The notes under the pieces were generated by a model. The model did not search any database and was not told the origin of the DNA. It was given only the letters and a program-made list of their open reading frames with translations. The position numbers and the translations under genes were made by a program. A stretch of 64,000 nucleotides of DNA from Phycisphaerae bacterium (lineage in GTDB: Bacteria; Planctomycetota; Phycisphaerae; Sedimentisphaerales; Sedimentisphaeraceae): positions 477 through 64,476 of the forward strand of contig JALWYQ010000034.1 of assembly GCA_027078365.1 (NCBI GenBank), written 5' to 3'. Below, piece after piece: positions 48,513 through 59,274 of the stretch (within the stretch, counting starts at the first letter, position 1; the number at the start of each line of letters is the position of its first letter).

Positions 48513-48860
48513 ATGACATACAACAACCAAGAAATCTACGAGCTTCTAATTGAGTGTAGCAAAAACAACGACGCCTTACGTTGGAATAAATATCGTCAAG
48601 AAAACCCCAACATCCTAATCAATCTAAGTGAGACCAAACTTGCAAGGATGCAGCTTAAAGAATTCAATCTTTCCAACATCAACTTTGAAGGTTGCGATAT
48701 GTGCAATGCAAAACTCCAAAAAGCCAACCTAAACGGTGCAAACCTCACGAACGTCAATCTATCAAATGCCAATATCAAAGGCGCAGATCTCAGAAATACA
48801 AATAAAACAAACACCAACTTTCAAATGGTAAAACTAGATCAAAACACAAAGATGAAATAG
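48513..48860 (+). CDS. Pentapeptide-repeat protein
   Basis: ANLNGANLTNVNLSNANIKGADLRNTN tandem A(D/N)LxX pentapeptides. Starts 7 nt after the IMPase stop. Confidence 0.8.
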   Translation: MTYNNQEIYELLIECSKNNDALRWNKYRQENPNILINLSETKLARMQLKEFNLSNINFEGCDMCNAKLQKANLNGANLTNVNLSNANIKGADLRNTNKTNTNFQMVKLDQNTKMK

Positions 48861-48950
48861 AATTGAGGTTCCTGTGCTGAACCCTTTGGGTTGGTTGCGG
48901 ATGCCTCTGTTTCTCATCTTATCGCAAGGGGAAACTAAGCAACCTGCGAG

Positions 48951-48984
48951 TACAATAATTCAACTAACAATTGAAATTATTGTA
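48951..48984. promoter_or_regulatory. Near-perfect inverted repeat (tacaataattcaa N7 ttgaaattattgta) upstream of ahcY; candidate operator or RNA hairpin
   Basis: Read directly. The arms differ by one extra T. About 105 nt upstream of the ahcY ATG. Confidence 0.3.
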
Positions 48985-49076
48985 TTCACTCAAATACAAC
49001 CAAAGACAATGTTGATAATAGGACGATACTAGTGATAATGTGATATATGACATTGTATTTAGTAATCCTTTAATAG

Positions 49077-50519
<1,443 letters not shown>

Positions 50520-50542
50520 TTTGAGAATAAAAGCTAAATCAA

Positions 50543-50574
50543 AAGGGTGAAACTTGCTGTTTCGCCCTTTTTTA
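50543..50574 (+). terminator. Intrinsic terminator after ahcY
   Basis: gggtgaaac-ttgct-gtttcgccc followed by T7. Confidence 0.7.
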
Positions 50575-50622
50575 TTGGTTGACAAAGATACGTGTTAGAG
50601 CATCTCCCAAATAGCATGCATA

Positions 50623-50660
50623 AAAAATACGGGGTAGAACCCACGGCTCTACCCCGTATT
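50623..50660 (-). terminator. Intrinsic terminator after the acyl-CoA dehydrogenase gene
   Basis: Minus strand reads atacggggtagag-ccgtggg-ttctaccccgtat followed by T6. Confidence 0.65.
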
Positions 50661-50698
50661 TAAGCTTTGTCAGTAAGATAAACAAGCTAACTTAGTAA

Positions 50699-52486
50699 TT
50701 AAACTTCCGTTTGAGCTGCGCCAGCAAGTTCATCAAAATTCTCAAGAGATGATACCGAACCACTCATGATATTCTTAGACCACGCTTCAATATTAGGGCT
50801 ATTGTGCTCAATGTAGCGTTTAGCAATAGCTGCTTTGCGTTGTTTCATGCTAACTTTCTCTCCATTAGCCGAATCAACTTGCATATCATACTTACTACTA
50901 GCCTGTGAAACAAAGAGGTAACCAATAATAATCTTAGCCGCCATATCTACAAGCTTTGCACCGTATAGATCCATATACTTAACGCCTTGGTCTTTAACAA
51001 AGGCCGCTGTTTCTGATAGGATTTTGGCATCTTTAGCTAAGATTTGTAACAACTCTTCAAACTCTGGTGCAAACTCACGACTAGCCAATTCTTCAATATA
51101 TTTTTCTGCAGTACCATTAGTAACACCTCTAACGGCAGCAACAATCTGAAGTTGGCTAGTACCCTCATAAATGCTAGTGACCCTTGCATCACGATACAGA
51201 CGCTCAGCTGGATAATCACGCATAAACCCACTACCGCCAAGCACCTGAATACAATCATACGTAACCTTGTTACTCATTTCACTAGCAAGGTACTTACTCA
51301 TAGGCGTAAGCATTGCAGCGTAGCGTTTTATCATACGCTGTTTCTTCTTAGTCTCTTTCTTGAGCTCTTTACTAGCTTCTGGGTTGTTTAGTATTTTTTC
51401 ATTACCAACTTCATGATCCACAACCCTACAAGTTTCGTAAAGCAGAGCCCTGCATTCTTCAACTGCAATCTTCATATCGATTAGCATATCACGCACAGCA
51501 GGAAGCTGATCGATTGGTGCCCCAAACTGCTCACGAGTAGAGGCAAAATCGCGTGCAACTCTGTAAGCACCTTCAGCAATACCAACCGATTGAGAAGCAA
51601 TACCTATACGTGCACCGTTCATCAGAGCCATTACATAGGTTACAAGTCCACGCTGTCTCTCGCCTACAATTTTACATGGCGTATTATCGTAGAAAACCTC
51701 ACATGTAGGAGAAGCATGTATGCCTAGCTTATCTTCTATACGTCTTATCTTTATAGACGGGTCGCTATCACAGACAAACAAGCTAAGCCCAAGTCCGCCA
51801 CTACGGTCTGGCTCGCTCTTTGCAAGAACAAGATGAACCTCGCCGCAACCGTTTGTTATAAAACGTTTAACTCCGTTTAGATACCAATTGCCCTGCGCAT
51901 CCTGAAATGCCTTGACCTTAACATTCTGCAAATCGCTACCGGCCTCTGGCTCAGTTAAAACCATTGCACCAGTTTTCTTACCCTTTGCCAAATCGTAGAG
52001 ATATTCATCCTTAATCTCTTCGCTAGCAAATGCGTTTAGAGTCTCGCCAATGCCTTGCAAACCAAATATATTCATCAAAGCAGCATCACCACGGCTAATC
52101 ATCTCATTAGCAACAGCAAGCATCAAACCCGGAAAATTAAGACCTCCGTATTTGTGCGGCAATGTCATTCCCATCACCTCAGCCTTGGCAAGTTTGTCAA
52201 GGATTTCATACATTCCATCAGGACGTAAAACCTTGCCATCTTCAGTTAGCCTGTTGCCCTGCCTATCCATAGCCTCACTACGAGGTGCAACGAAATCGCC
52301 GCACAGCGAACCAAGTGAATCTAGCACTAGAAAATAATTCTCTATCGCCTCGTCAGCGTTTTTAGGAGCATAATCACAGTCCTTCGCACTACTGTAATCA
52401 CCTTCCATAAGATCTGCGAGTGTTGCTAGATCCATGCTCTTTAGCAAAAACTGAATATCGTCATTATCTCTAAAAAAGTTTGCCAT
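50699..52486 (-). CDS. Acyl-CoA dehydrogenase, long form (595 aa) with a C-terminal extension
   Basis: ACAD fold motifs GAMVLTEPEAGSD, KRFITNG, YEGTSQLQ. An extra helical region of about 150 aa at the C-terminus. Confidence 0.9.
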   Translation of the reverse strand: MANFFRDNDDIQFLLKSMDLATLADLMEGDYSSAKDCDYAPKNADEAIENYFLVLDSLGSLCGDFVAPRSEAMDRQGNRLTEDGKVLRPDGMYEILDKLAKAEVMGMTLPHKYGGLNFPGLMLAVANEMISRGDAALMNIFGLQGIGETLNAFASEEIKDEYLYDLAKGKKTGAMVLTEPEAGSDLQNVKVKAFQDAQGNWYLNGVKRFITNGCGEVHLVLAKSEPDRSGGLGLSLFVCDSDPSIKIRRIEDKLGIHASPTCEVFYDNTPCKIVGERQRGLVTYVMALMNGARIGIASQSVGIAEGAYRVARDFASTREQFGAPIDQLPAVRDMLIDMKIAVEECRALLYETCRVVDHEVGNEKILNNPEASKELKKETKKKQRMIKRYAAMLTPMSKYLASEMSNKVTYDCIQVLGGSGFMRDYPAERLYRDARVTSIYEGTSQLQIVAAVRGVTNGTAEKYIEELASREFAPEFEELLQILAKDAKILSETAAFVKDQGVKYMDLYGAKLVDMAAKIIIGYLFVSQASSKYDMQVDSANGEKVSMKQRKAAIAKRYIEHNSPNIEAWSKNIMSGSVSSLENFDELAGAAQTEV

Positions 52487-52525
52487 ACCTTATCCATTCC
52501 TTGTCAACGGTTTAACCTAAGCAGC

Positions 52526-53557
52526 TCAATTAGCCTTGGCCTTTATTGCTTTAATCATCATTGGGATAACTTCATTGAAATCACCAACAATCTTGTAATG
52601 GGCAATATCAAAAATTGCAGCATCTGGGTCTGTATTGATTGCGATAATCTTCTTGCTGTCCCACATACCGGTCTGATGCTGAAGCGCACCGCTTATACCC
52701 ACTGCAATGTAAAGACTTGGTCTAACTGTTACGCCAGTAGCTCCAATCATATGCTCTTCACTAATATAGCCAAGATCTACTGCAGGCCTTGTTGCGCCAA
52801 CAACGCCTCCGAGTGCATTTGCAAGATCCCAGAGGAGCTTGAATTTTTCCTTACTGCCAATACCCGCACCGCCAGCAACAACAACATCACTGCCCTTTAA
52901 ATCCACAGTCTTTTCTGTAACTAGCTCATCAAGAATCTCAACGACAAGGTCTTCTTTGCTTAAATCAACCTTATGCTCTATGGTCTCACCTTTTCTGTTG
53001 CGGTCGAGCTCAGGCATCTTCATAACACCCTCGCGAACCGTAGCCATCTGAGGCCATTTGTCGTAATTGATAATAGTAGCAATAACATTGCCACCAAACG
53101 CTGGGCAAATCTGCAAGAGAATATCATCGTAGGTCTTGCCAGTTGCCTTGTCCGTATGAGAGCCAATCTGTAAGTCTGTACAATCAGCAGAGAGACCTGC
53201 ACCAAGTCTTGCAGCAACTCTAGGTGCAAGATCGCGGCCAACAGATGTCGCGCCAAACAGAATTATAGAAGGGTTGTATTTGTTCGCTATATCGCAAAAA
53301 ACCTTTGAATACGAGCTCACCTGATAATGGGATAGAAGCGGGTCTTGACACATGTAAACCTTATCGCTTCCGCAGCAAATCAAACGCTCATCAAGGCCGG
53401 CAATATCGCTTCCAATAACAACCGCCCCAACCTTAACGCCAAGTTCGTCTGCAAGCTCTCTAGCTTTACCAACAAGTTCAAGCGAGGTGTCTTCAATTTT
53501 AGAACCAAGAGATTCTACAAAAACCCAGACATCACCCTTTTTATTAACATCAACCAT
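52526..53557 (-). CDS. etfA: Electron transfer flavoprotein alpha subunit
   Basis: VVAGGAGIGS...FKLLWDLANALGGVVGATRPAVDLGY...GATGVTVRPSLYIAVGISGALQH...IIAINTDPDAAIF FAD-binding signature. I prefer the ATG at 53557 (MVDVNKKGDVWVFVE). Confidence 0.9.
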   Translation of the reverse strand: MVDVNKKGDVWVFVESLGSKIEDTSLELVGKARELADELGVKVGAVVIGSDIAGLDERLICCGSDKVYMCQDPLLSHYQVSSYSKVFCDIANKYNPSIILFGATSVGRDLAPRVAARLGAGLSADCTDLQIGSHTDKATGKTYDDILLQICPAFGGNVIATIINYDKWPQMATVREGVMKMPELDRNRKGETIEHKVDLSKEDLVVEILDELVTEKTVDLKGSDVVVAGGAGIGSKEKFKLLWDLANALGGVVGATRPAVDLGYISEEHMIGATGVTVRPSLYIAVGISGALQHQTGMWDSKKIIAINTDPDAAIFDIAHYKIVGDFNEVIPMMIKAIKAKAN

Positions 53558-53599
53558 ATTAAATCCTTTTAAACACGCCATATGCGTAATGATCAACTT

Positions 53600-54451
53600 C
53601 TAGTTAATTGAATGGTCTTCTATAAGTTCTTTGACCATCGCCGAGATACCCTCTTGTGTTGGGGAGATTTCCTTAACCTCCTTAGCCTCGAGAATAACCT
53701 TTTGTGTCCTATTGATTTTTGTAGGAGACCCCTCAAATCCAACACGACTAAGATCCACACCCAACTGGTCCAAATCGTATTGCTCGATTAGGAGATTCTT
53801 CTCCTTTAACTCATTCACATCGCCATCATAGTTAGCCGCAGTTGTAGCATTCTTATACTTCATAAGTCTAGTCGCAGCTCCAACTCGAGGCTCATTAGCT
53901 TGGTCTGTAACGGTCAATAAGCAAGGTAGCGGAGCTTTAACATCCTGCCAGCCATTATCCAAAACTCTCCTAGCCGTTATTGAATTACCATCAACTCCCT
54001 TGAGCTCACCGACACATGTTATTTGCGCAGCATCTATAAACTCAGCAATCTGCGGCCCAACCTGTGCGGTTTCTCCATCGATTGAATGACGACCACAAAG
54101 AACAATATCAGCTCCAACCTTCTTGATTGCGCAGCTAAGTATATGACTTGTCGCAAGAGTATCGCTACCAGCGCATCTACGGTCTGTTACAAGAATAGCA
54201 TTATCTGCTCCGCGGTAAAGTGCTTCACGCAAAACTTCAGTAGCCTCAGGCAATCCCATAGAAATAGCCGTTACCGTTGCTCCAAATTTCTCTTTAATCT
54301 CCAAAGCAACCTCCAACGCATGGAGATCATCAGGGTTCGGTATTGAAGCTAGCTTACTGCGATTTACAGTACCATCATCATTCATCGCATCGCCAGTAAT
54401 AGCCCTAGTATCAGGAACCTGTTTAATCAAAACTACGCACTTATAAGACAC
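53600..54451 (-). CDS. etfB: Electron transfer flavoprotein beta subunit
   Basis: VVLIKQVPDT...NPDDLHALEVALEIKE...LVTDRRCAGSDTLATSHIL...DIVLCGRHSIDGETAQVGP pattern. Confidence 0.9.
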   Translation of the reverse strand: MSYKCVVLIKQVPDTRAITGDAMNDDGTVNRSKLASIPNPDDLHALEVALEIKEKFGATVTAISMGLPEATEVLREALYRGADNAILVTDRRCAGSDTLATSHILSCAIKKVGADIVLCGRHSIDGETAQVGPQIAEFIDAAQITCVGELKGVDGNSITARRVLDNGWQDVKAPLPCLLTVTDQANEPRVGAATRLMKYKNATTAANYDGDVNELKEKNLLIEQYDLDQLGVDLSRVGFEGSPTKINRTQKVILEAKEVKEISPTQEGISAMVKELIEDHSIN

Positions 54452-54739
54452 TAATGCCTCCTTGTTTAGCTAGAAACACAATATTTATCCATAATCCCGC
54501 CTAGTTTAGCTTTTTTACGCTTTAAGTCAATAAAAAAGCCATAGTTAATCGCCCGCTACTGCGCCGAGTCAGAGGCTAGTGCATTGATGTCTCTGGTTTA
54601 CTTGCAAGTAACTATGAGCAACTTCGAAACAGACGCCCCTACTCGATTATTTTTTTCGTTGCATTTTTAGTCGCTCCCCCCTAGTATCAGCGAAGATTGC
54701 GAGGCTCACAAGCAAAGCTAAACTATCAAGGATCAACCC

Positions 54740-55012
54740 ATGAAACACAAAATTCTAACAAATAACACAAAAATTTTATGGTGGATTCAAATAGTGGTTG
54801 CAGGCATGTATTTGTTGGCAGCTTTCACTGTCGATGCTAATATGCAATTACCAAATCTAAGCTATAAAACTTCAGCATTTGTCATTGCCGGCTTAACCGC
54901 TTTAGGTGCTCTTGATGCAATACTGCTGCTACTAACTGACAAAAAACGAAGATGGATTAGTCTGCTATTGCTCCTTCTGTACTTGTTCTTCTCTGCCCCT
55001 GTTTTTGCTTGA
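54740..55012 (+). CDS. Small membrane protein (90 aa, 3 predicted TM helices)
   Basis: ATG with an AAGGA Shine-Dalgarno. Three hydrophobic segments. No recognised motif. Confidence 0.5.
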   Translation: MKHKILTNNTKILWWIQIVVAGMYLLAAFTVDANMQLPNLSYKTSAFVIAGLTALGALDAILLLLTDKKRRWISLLLLLLYLFFSAPVFA

Positions 55013-55186
55013 TTAATCTAAATCGCCATGCTGTGCCATAATATTGCAACTGAGTGAGAATTAAAGAAGCACAGAATCTCTTCTTAAATCTTCCCCTTTT
55101 GTTGATTGTTGGTCTAAATCGATTACTGTTTCTTTTATCTAGTCTTTGCCACCAAACCCAGCGCCGCGTTTGATACTATTTGCTAT

Positions 55187-55726
55187 TTAATCTACCTTAG
55201 ACTTAGCCATATCTTTTGGGTTCCGAGTCCGTGTCTTTCTTAGCATAATGTCAATCAGTTCCTTATACGCATCTTCGCTATTTACACCATGTTTATCTAA
55301 GATTGACTCAATACAAACGCTAGTCTTCTTAGCAATAGGTGCCTCCCAAATACCAGACCTTATATTGTCACCTCTAATAATAATGTCTTCACAAACACCT
55401 TCTTCATATACTTTAATTTCAAAAGTATTTGCAATTAGCACATCAAGCGGCAACCATACACCACCGATTGCAAGACTATCCGCAAATTGATTTATTTCCT
55501 TCTTGTCATTTAACACTACTAACGTTCTATAGTCTTGAGGACTATTTATGAAATACACACGAAATTCAACTTTTTCAGCCGTTCTGATTTTGGCTCTAGT
55601 CTTATTCAATTTAATGAATAAAACCGTTTGGATTACCAAAAAGAGTAAAGCCAGAGAAACAATACAAATCTTTGCAATTCTTTTTATCCTGTTTAATTTC
55701 ATAACGACCTCATTTCTTAATGTCAA
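55187..55726 (-). CDS. Hypothetical N-terminally anchored protein (179 aa)
   Basis: One TM helix (IVSLALLFLVIQTVLFI) then a soluble domain. No recognised motif. Confidence 0.5.
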   Translation of the reverse strand: MTLRNEVVMKLNRIKRIAKICIVSLALLFLVIQTVLFIKLNKTRAKIRTAEKVEFRVYFINSPQDYRTLVVLNDKKEINQFADSLAIGGVWLPLDVLIANTFEIKVYEEGVCEDIIIRGDNIRSGIWEAPIAKKTSVCIESILDKHGVNSEDAYKELIDIMLRKTRTRNPKDMAKSKVD

Positions 55727-55985
55727 TACAGTGCCATCTCCACAGTATAGGAACGGTTATATTTGTAAACCGAATGTAATAAAGTTTTCGGATATAACCA
55801 CACGCTTTTGTAAACCTATCGCATCTGCTAGCAAGCTGACGCAGACATTCTTCATTCAGTTCAATACCACAAGCATGTAGAATCAAAGTGGCACTGCAAC
55901 ATAGCTCACTACACAGAATTACACAAGCCCCAATCATTGTAATGAATCTGAGTAAGAGTGCCATCAGAATTTCTCTTGGCAACAA
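55710..55985 (-). CDS. Hypothetical Cys-rich small protein (91 aa), weak call
   Basis: TTG start, nine Cys, overlaps the downstream ORF by 17 nt. Could be non-coding. Confidence 0.3.
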   Translation of the reverse strand: MLPREILMALLLRFITMIGACVILCSELCCSATLILHACGIELNEECLRQLASRCDRFTKACGYIRKLYYIRFTNITVPILWRWHCIDIKK

Positions 55986-56182
55986 CAGCCTCCACCACCC
56001 CTAAAATCAGTAACCAGATACCGCCCACTACCACCAAAGGTGTGCATAGTACTTCTCCGGCTGCGCCGTATTGGTCGTCTGCTAAACTACGCTCTGCGAA
56101 TCCTTAACTCCTGCAAAATAAAATATTCTTGCACCATTTGATTTCTATATTGCGACGCCTTCGGCCTTTAGCGTTAAAGCAA

Positions 56183-58603
56183 TTACAAATCGCAATCATC
56201 TGGATCTGCGTATCCGCATGAGAGCCACTCGGCTGCGAATATTGCGAAGTCATCCATATTAACCTTGCAATCACCATTGAAATCCATCCGCGATGGGTTC
56301 ACACAAACTGGATCTGGCTCTGGTGGATCATTAGGGTCGGGGCCGGACGAGCTCCCCATACTTGCAAACTCACTTCCGCCGTAGGCTCCGATATTTATCC
56401 TGCCTCCATTTGGATTTGGCTCATAGAGAATATCATCTTCAGGGTCTCCTGCGTCAACGCATGGGCTAGTAACCGAATCATGCTCCCAGCTACCAAGAGT
56501 TTCATTCCAGCGACCATACTCACTTTGCAAGTGATAATCACCGCTTATCCATGATTCGCCACCAATATAGCCTAATGCCGCAAAACGTGGGTTGCTATAG
56601 ATATCTCCAACCTTTGCATAATTATCATAGAAATTGCCTCCATCATTGAGCCAAAAACAGTTATAGCTGTTATCGCTCGCGCCATAAATACCTCTGCCAT
56701 GATTGTAAGCGAGAATATTATTCTTAACTACTCCGCTACAGTTTGCTACGGCATTGCCAGTATTCTCAACGATGGTGTTATTGATTAATGCCGTACAACT
56801 ATCAACACCATCGCTTCCATTGGCGGCTATGAGATTATTGGTAAGAGTTCCATTAAAAGAGGCTACTCCCTTACCAAGATTAGCCGTGATTGTATTTGCT
56901 TTTATTGAGCCTGAGCCTCCGCTTATTCCATCGCCATGGTTTTGTGAAATGTTATTCTTTTCGATTGTCGCATCACATGATGAAAGCCCAACTGCATTTC
57001 GAGAAATCTCATTTTCATAGACTAGCCCAGAGCATAAACGCAGACCGTTTCCTGTGTTGTCCGTGATTGTGTTATTTCTGATATCGCTACTGCATTGGTA
57101 AATGGCATCGCCACTATTGCCAGTGATGGTGTTGCATGTTATGTATGCCTCACAATCTTCTATTGCATTGTAAGAACAATTTCTGATTGCGTTACTCTCG
57201 ATTATTCCACCGACTCCAATTATGGCGTTATAAGTATTGAAAAAGGCGTTTTGCTTGATCAATGGGAAGGCGGAGTAGCTCCCCTTAATCGCATTAGCGC
57301 AATAACTAAAAACATTGCCAATGATTGTCGGACCACTTGCATAACATACCAGCTCAGGAGCTGGATTAGTTGTGCCAAAATCTGGACTACTTACACCAAA
57401 TATGGCATAAACATCATAATTGTCTGCCCCATTATAACCGCAAACAACAACATCACCCCAAATACTTGGAGAGTATTGATAGGATTCGTCTTCCCAGACT
57501 TTAAATTCTTCTCCAGTTGATATGCGATAGCCATAAATATCTCCACCATCGCTTCTTTTGTCCTGCCAAACAACAACATCACCCCAAATGCTCGGGGTGT
57601 CTTGATCGTAATTGTTATCACATACGACAAATTCCTCATCAGTTGCTATGCGGTAGCCATAAATATCTTTATTGCCACTTCTTTTGTCACGCCAAACAAC
57701 AACATCATCGCAGACACTTGGAGAGGATTGGTCAAGACTGTTACCGCAGATTACAAATTCCTCACCAGTTGAAATACGATAACCATAGATGTCATTATTG
57801 CTACTCCTGTAATCCTGCCAGACAACAACGTCATTCCAAATACTCGGAGAGGATTGAGAAGAGCTATTATTGCAAACTACAAACTCCTCGCCAGTTGATA
57901 TATAATAGCCGTATATATCATTATTGCCGCTTCTATTATCAACCCAAACAACAACATCACCCCAAATACTTGGAGACGATTGATTGGAACTATTGTCACA
58001 GACTACAAATTCCTCGCCAGTCGATATGCGATAGCCATAGATATCGTTATTGCCACTTCTATTGTCTCGCCAGACAACAACATCACCCCAAACACTTGGA
58101 GAGGATTGATCAAAACTGTTGTCGCAAATTACAAATTCCTCACCAGTTGAAATGCGATAGCCATAGATGTCATTATTGGCGTTTCTATAATCACGCCAAA
58201 CAATGATGTCTCCTGAGACGCTTGGATAATATTGATCGAAGCTATTATCACAAATTGGCCATGTAAAACTTCCACCAGTTGCAAGGGTAAAACCTGTAAG
58301 AATCGAATCTGAATCTTCCGAGAAGTCAAAAGTAACAGTGCCTTTAATTATCGTTTTTTTAACGATATCAGGGTCGCTAGGGTCTAGGCTTGTCAATGTA
58401 ATAGCCCTGCTGTTAAAATGCACGTTCTCTGTGTATGTACCCGGAAAAACCGCAACTGTATCTCCGTCCCAAGAATAGTTAATCGCTTCTTGAATTGTAG
58501 TGAAATCTCCACTGTTATCTTTTGCAACTGTAATTGTCTGGGCAAACAAGCAAGATGATAGTACGATTAAAAATAAAACGTAGGTAAGTAGACGTTTTCT
58601 CAT
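56183..58603 (-). CDS. Secreted protein: beta-helix cap, 6-7 blade propeller-like repeat, PbH1 beta-helix repeats, C-terminal dockerin-like segment
   Basis: Signal peptide MRKRLLTYVLFLIVLSSCLFA. 42-aa repeat GDVVVWRDNRSGNNDIYGYRISTGEEFVVCDNSxxQSSPSIW about 6.5 times. Repeats NAIRNCSYNAI, NTITGNSGDAI, NTITDNTGNGL and similar. GDYHLQS...SPCVDAGDP...PNPNGGRINIGAYGG. C-terminal DFNGDCKVNMDDFAIFAAEWL. Confidence 0.85.
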   Translation of the reverse strand: MRKRLLTYVLFLIVLSSCLFAQTITVAKDNSGDFTTIQEAINYSWDGDTVAVFPGTYTENVHFNSRAITLTSLDPSDPDIVKKTIIKGTVTFDFSEDSDSILTGFTLATGGSFTWPICDNSFDQYYPSVSGDIIVWRDYRNANNDIYGYRISTGEEFVICDNSFDQSSPSVWGDVVVWRDNRSGNNDIYGYRISTGEEFVVCDNSSNQSSPSIWGDVVVWVDNRSGNNDIYGYYISTGEEFVVCNNSSSQSSPSIWNDVVVWQDYRSSNNDIYGYRISTGEEFVICGNSLDQSSPSVCDDVVVWRDKRSGNKDIYGYRIATDEEFVVCDNNYDQDTPSIWGDVVVWQDKRSDGGDIYGYRISTGEEFKVWEDESYQYSPSIWGDVVVCGYNGADNYDVYAIFGVSSPDFGTTNPAPELVCYASGPTIIGNVFSYCANAIKGSYSAFPLIKQNAFFNTYNAIIGVGGIIESNAIRNCSYNAIEDCEAYITCNTITGNSGDAIYQCSSDIRNNTITDNTGNGLRLCSGLVYENEISRNAVGLSSCDATIEKNNISQNHGDGISGGSGSIKANTITANLGKGVASFNGTLTNNLIAANGSDGVDSCTALINNTIVENTGNAVANCSGVVKNNILAYNHGRGIYGASDNSYNCFWLNDGGNFYDNYAKVGDIYSNPRFAALGYIGGESWISGDYHLQSEYGRWNETLGSWEHDSVTSPCVDAGDPEDDILYEPNPNGGRINIGAYGGSEFASMGSSSGPDPNDPPEPDPVCVNPSRMDFNGDCKVNMDDFAIFAAEWLSCGYADPDDCDL
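57397..58262. repeat. 126-bp (42-aa) coding tandem repeat, about 6.5 copies, diverged at the DNA level
   Basis: Periodicity is visible in both the translation and the nucleotides (recurrent ccataaatatc / ccatagatgtc ... acaacaacatcacccca). Confidence 0.85.
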
Positions 58604-58777
58604 TTTCCACCCCTTAGAATTCTTCTAGCGATAAATTGCACATACAGGAGTTAATACCTCCCAATACAGTCCCATAATATCAAATTCCAAATCTAAAACA
58701 AGTGAAATCGTTATGGGGGTATCTTTTGTGGTTAGAGGGGTCATAAATGCCATTTACGGGATTATGCCTCAAATCTT

Positions 58778-58858
58778 GCCCCGTGGGGGCGATCCCTTTG
58801 TAACCCCGAAGGGAATAAAACGCCCCAGCATCTAGCCCCGTGGGGCGATCCCTTTGTA
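58778..58858. repeat. Two copies of a 24-25-nt GC-rich motif gccccgtgggg(g)cgatccctttgta, each containing a CCCC-GT-GGGG hairpin
   Basis: Copy 1 is at 58778-58802, copy 2 at 58835-58858. They differ by one G. Confidence 0.85.
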
Positions 58859-59274
58859 GCAATGCAACATACAAAAAGCCGATTAGCTCCGTTAGGTGCG
58901 ACATCTTAATGCTATCTTGCGTTCATTTTAGAGAAGATGAAATATGTTGGAATGTGGCTAATGCCGCAACTATTTAACATCGGACAGCTTGCGCTACCGC
59001 GCTAAGCGAAAAACGTTTATTTGCAATGAGAGATTGAGAAACGCTTGTAAAGGGAAACTGTACTGAACGATTTGCGGAGCTGGGGCTCCGCGTTCCCAGG
59101 ACTTCATGTTCTTCATAACAAAAAAGGTTTTAGGGGTTTATAAAATAGGCGGTTCTAATCCTCTCCCGCTCCGTTTGCGACTCTAGCGTCCTTTTGCGTT
59201 CTCTTGCGTTAAAGCAGTTGCAGTTAAAGGTTTTTGCAATAGCTTTTCATCTGCGTTTATCTGTGCTTGCCCTG

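Noticed and set aside
57517-58206. 229-aa plus-strand ORF with a repetitive His/Cys/Gln/Arg-rich sequence
   Set aside because: It is the antisense reading of the 126-bp propeller repeat within the 806-aa minus-strand gene. The open frame is kept open by the repeat periodicity.
58790-58802. Resemblance of cgatccctttgta to the T-arm/acceptor segment of the tRNA-Lys gene (cgatccctgta) as a possible att-site remnant
   Set aside because: The similarity is only about 11 nt and needs an indel, which is too short to distinguish from chance.
58680-58904. 74-aa minus-strand ORF in the long intergenic region
   Set aside because: It reads straight through the duplicated GC-rich hairpin motif, has no Shine-Dalgarno, and its sequence is repeat-derived. 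It is more likely non-coding.
56169-59223. Shared 11-mer gcgttaaagca on both sides of the propeller gene, considered as possible island boundaries
   Set aside because: An exact 11-mer match somewhere in 64 kb is expected many times by chance, and the flanks do not extend the match.
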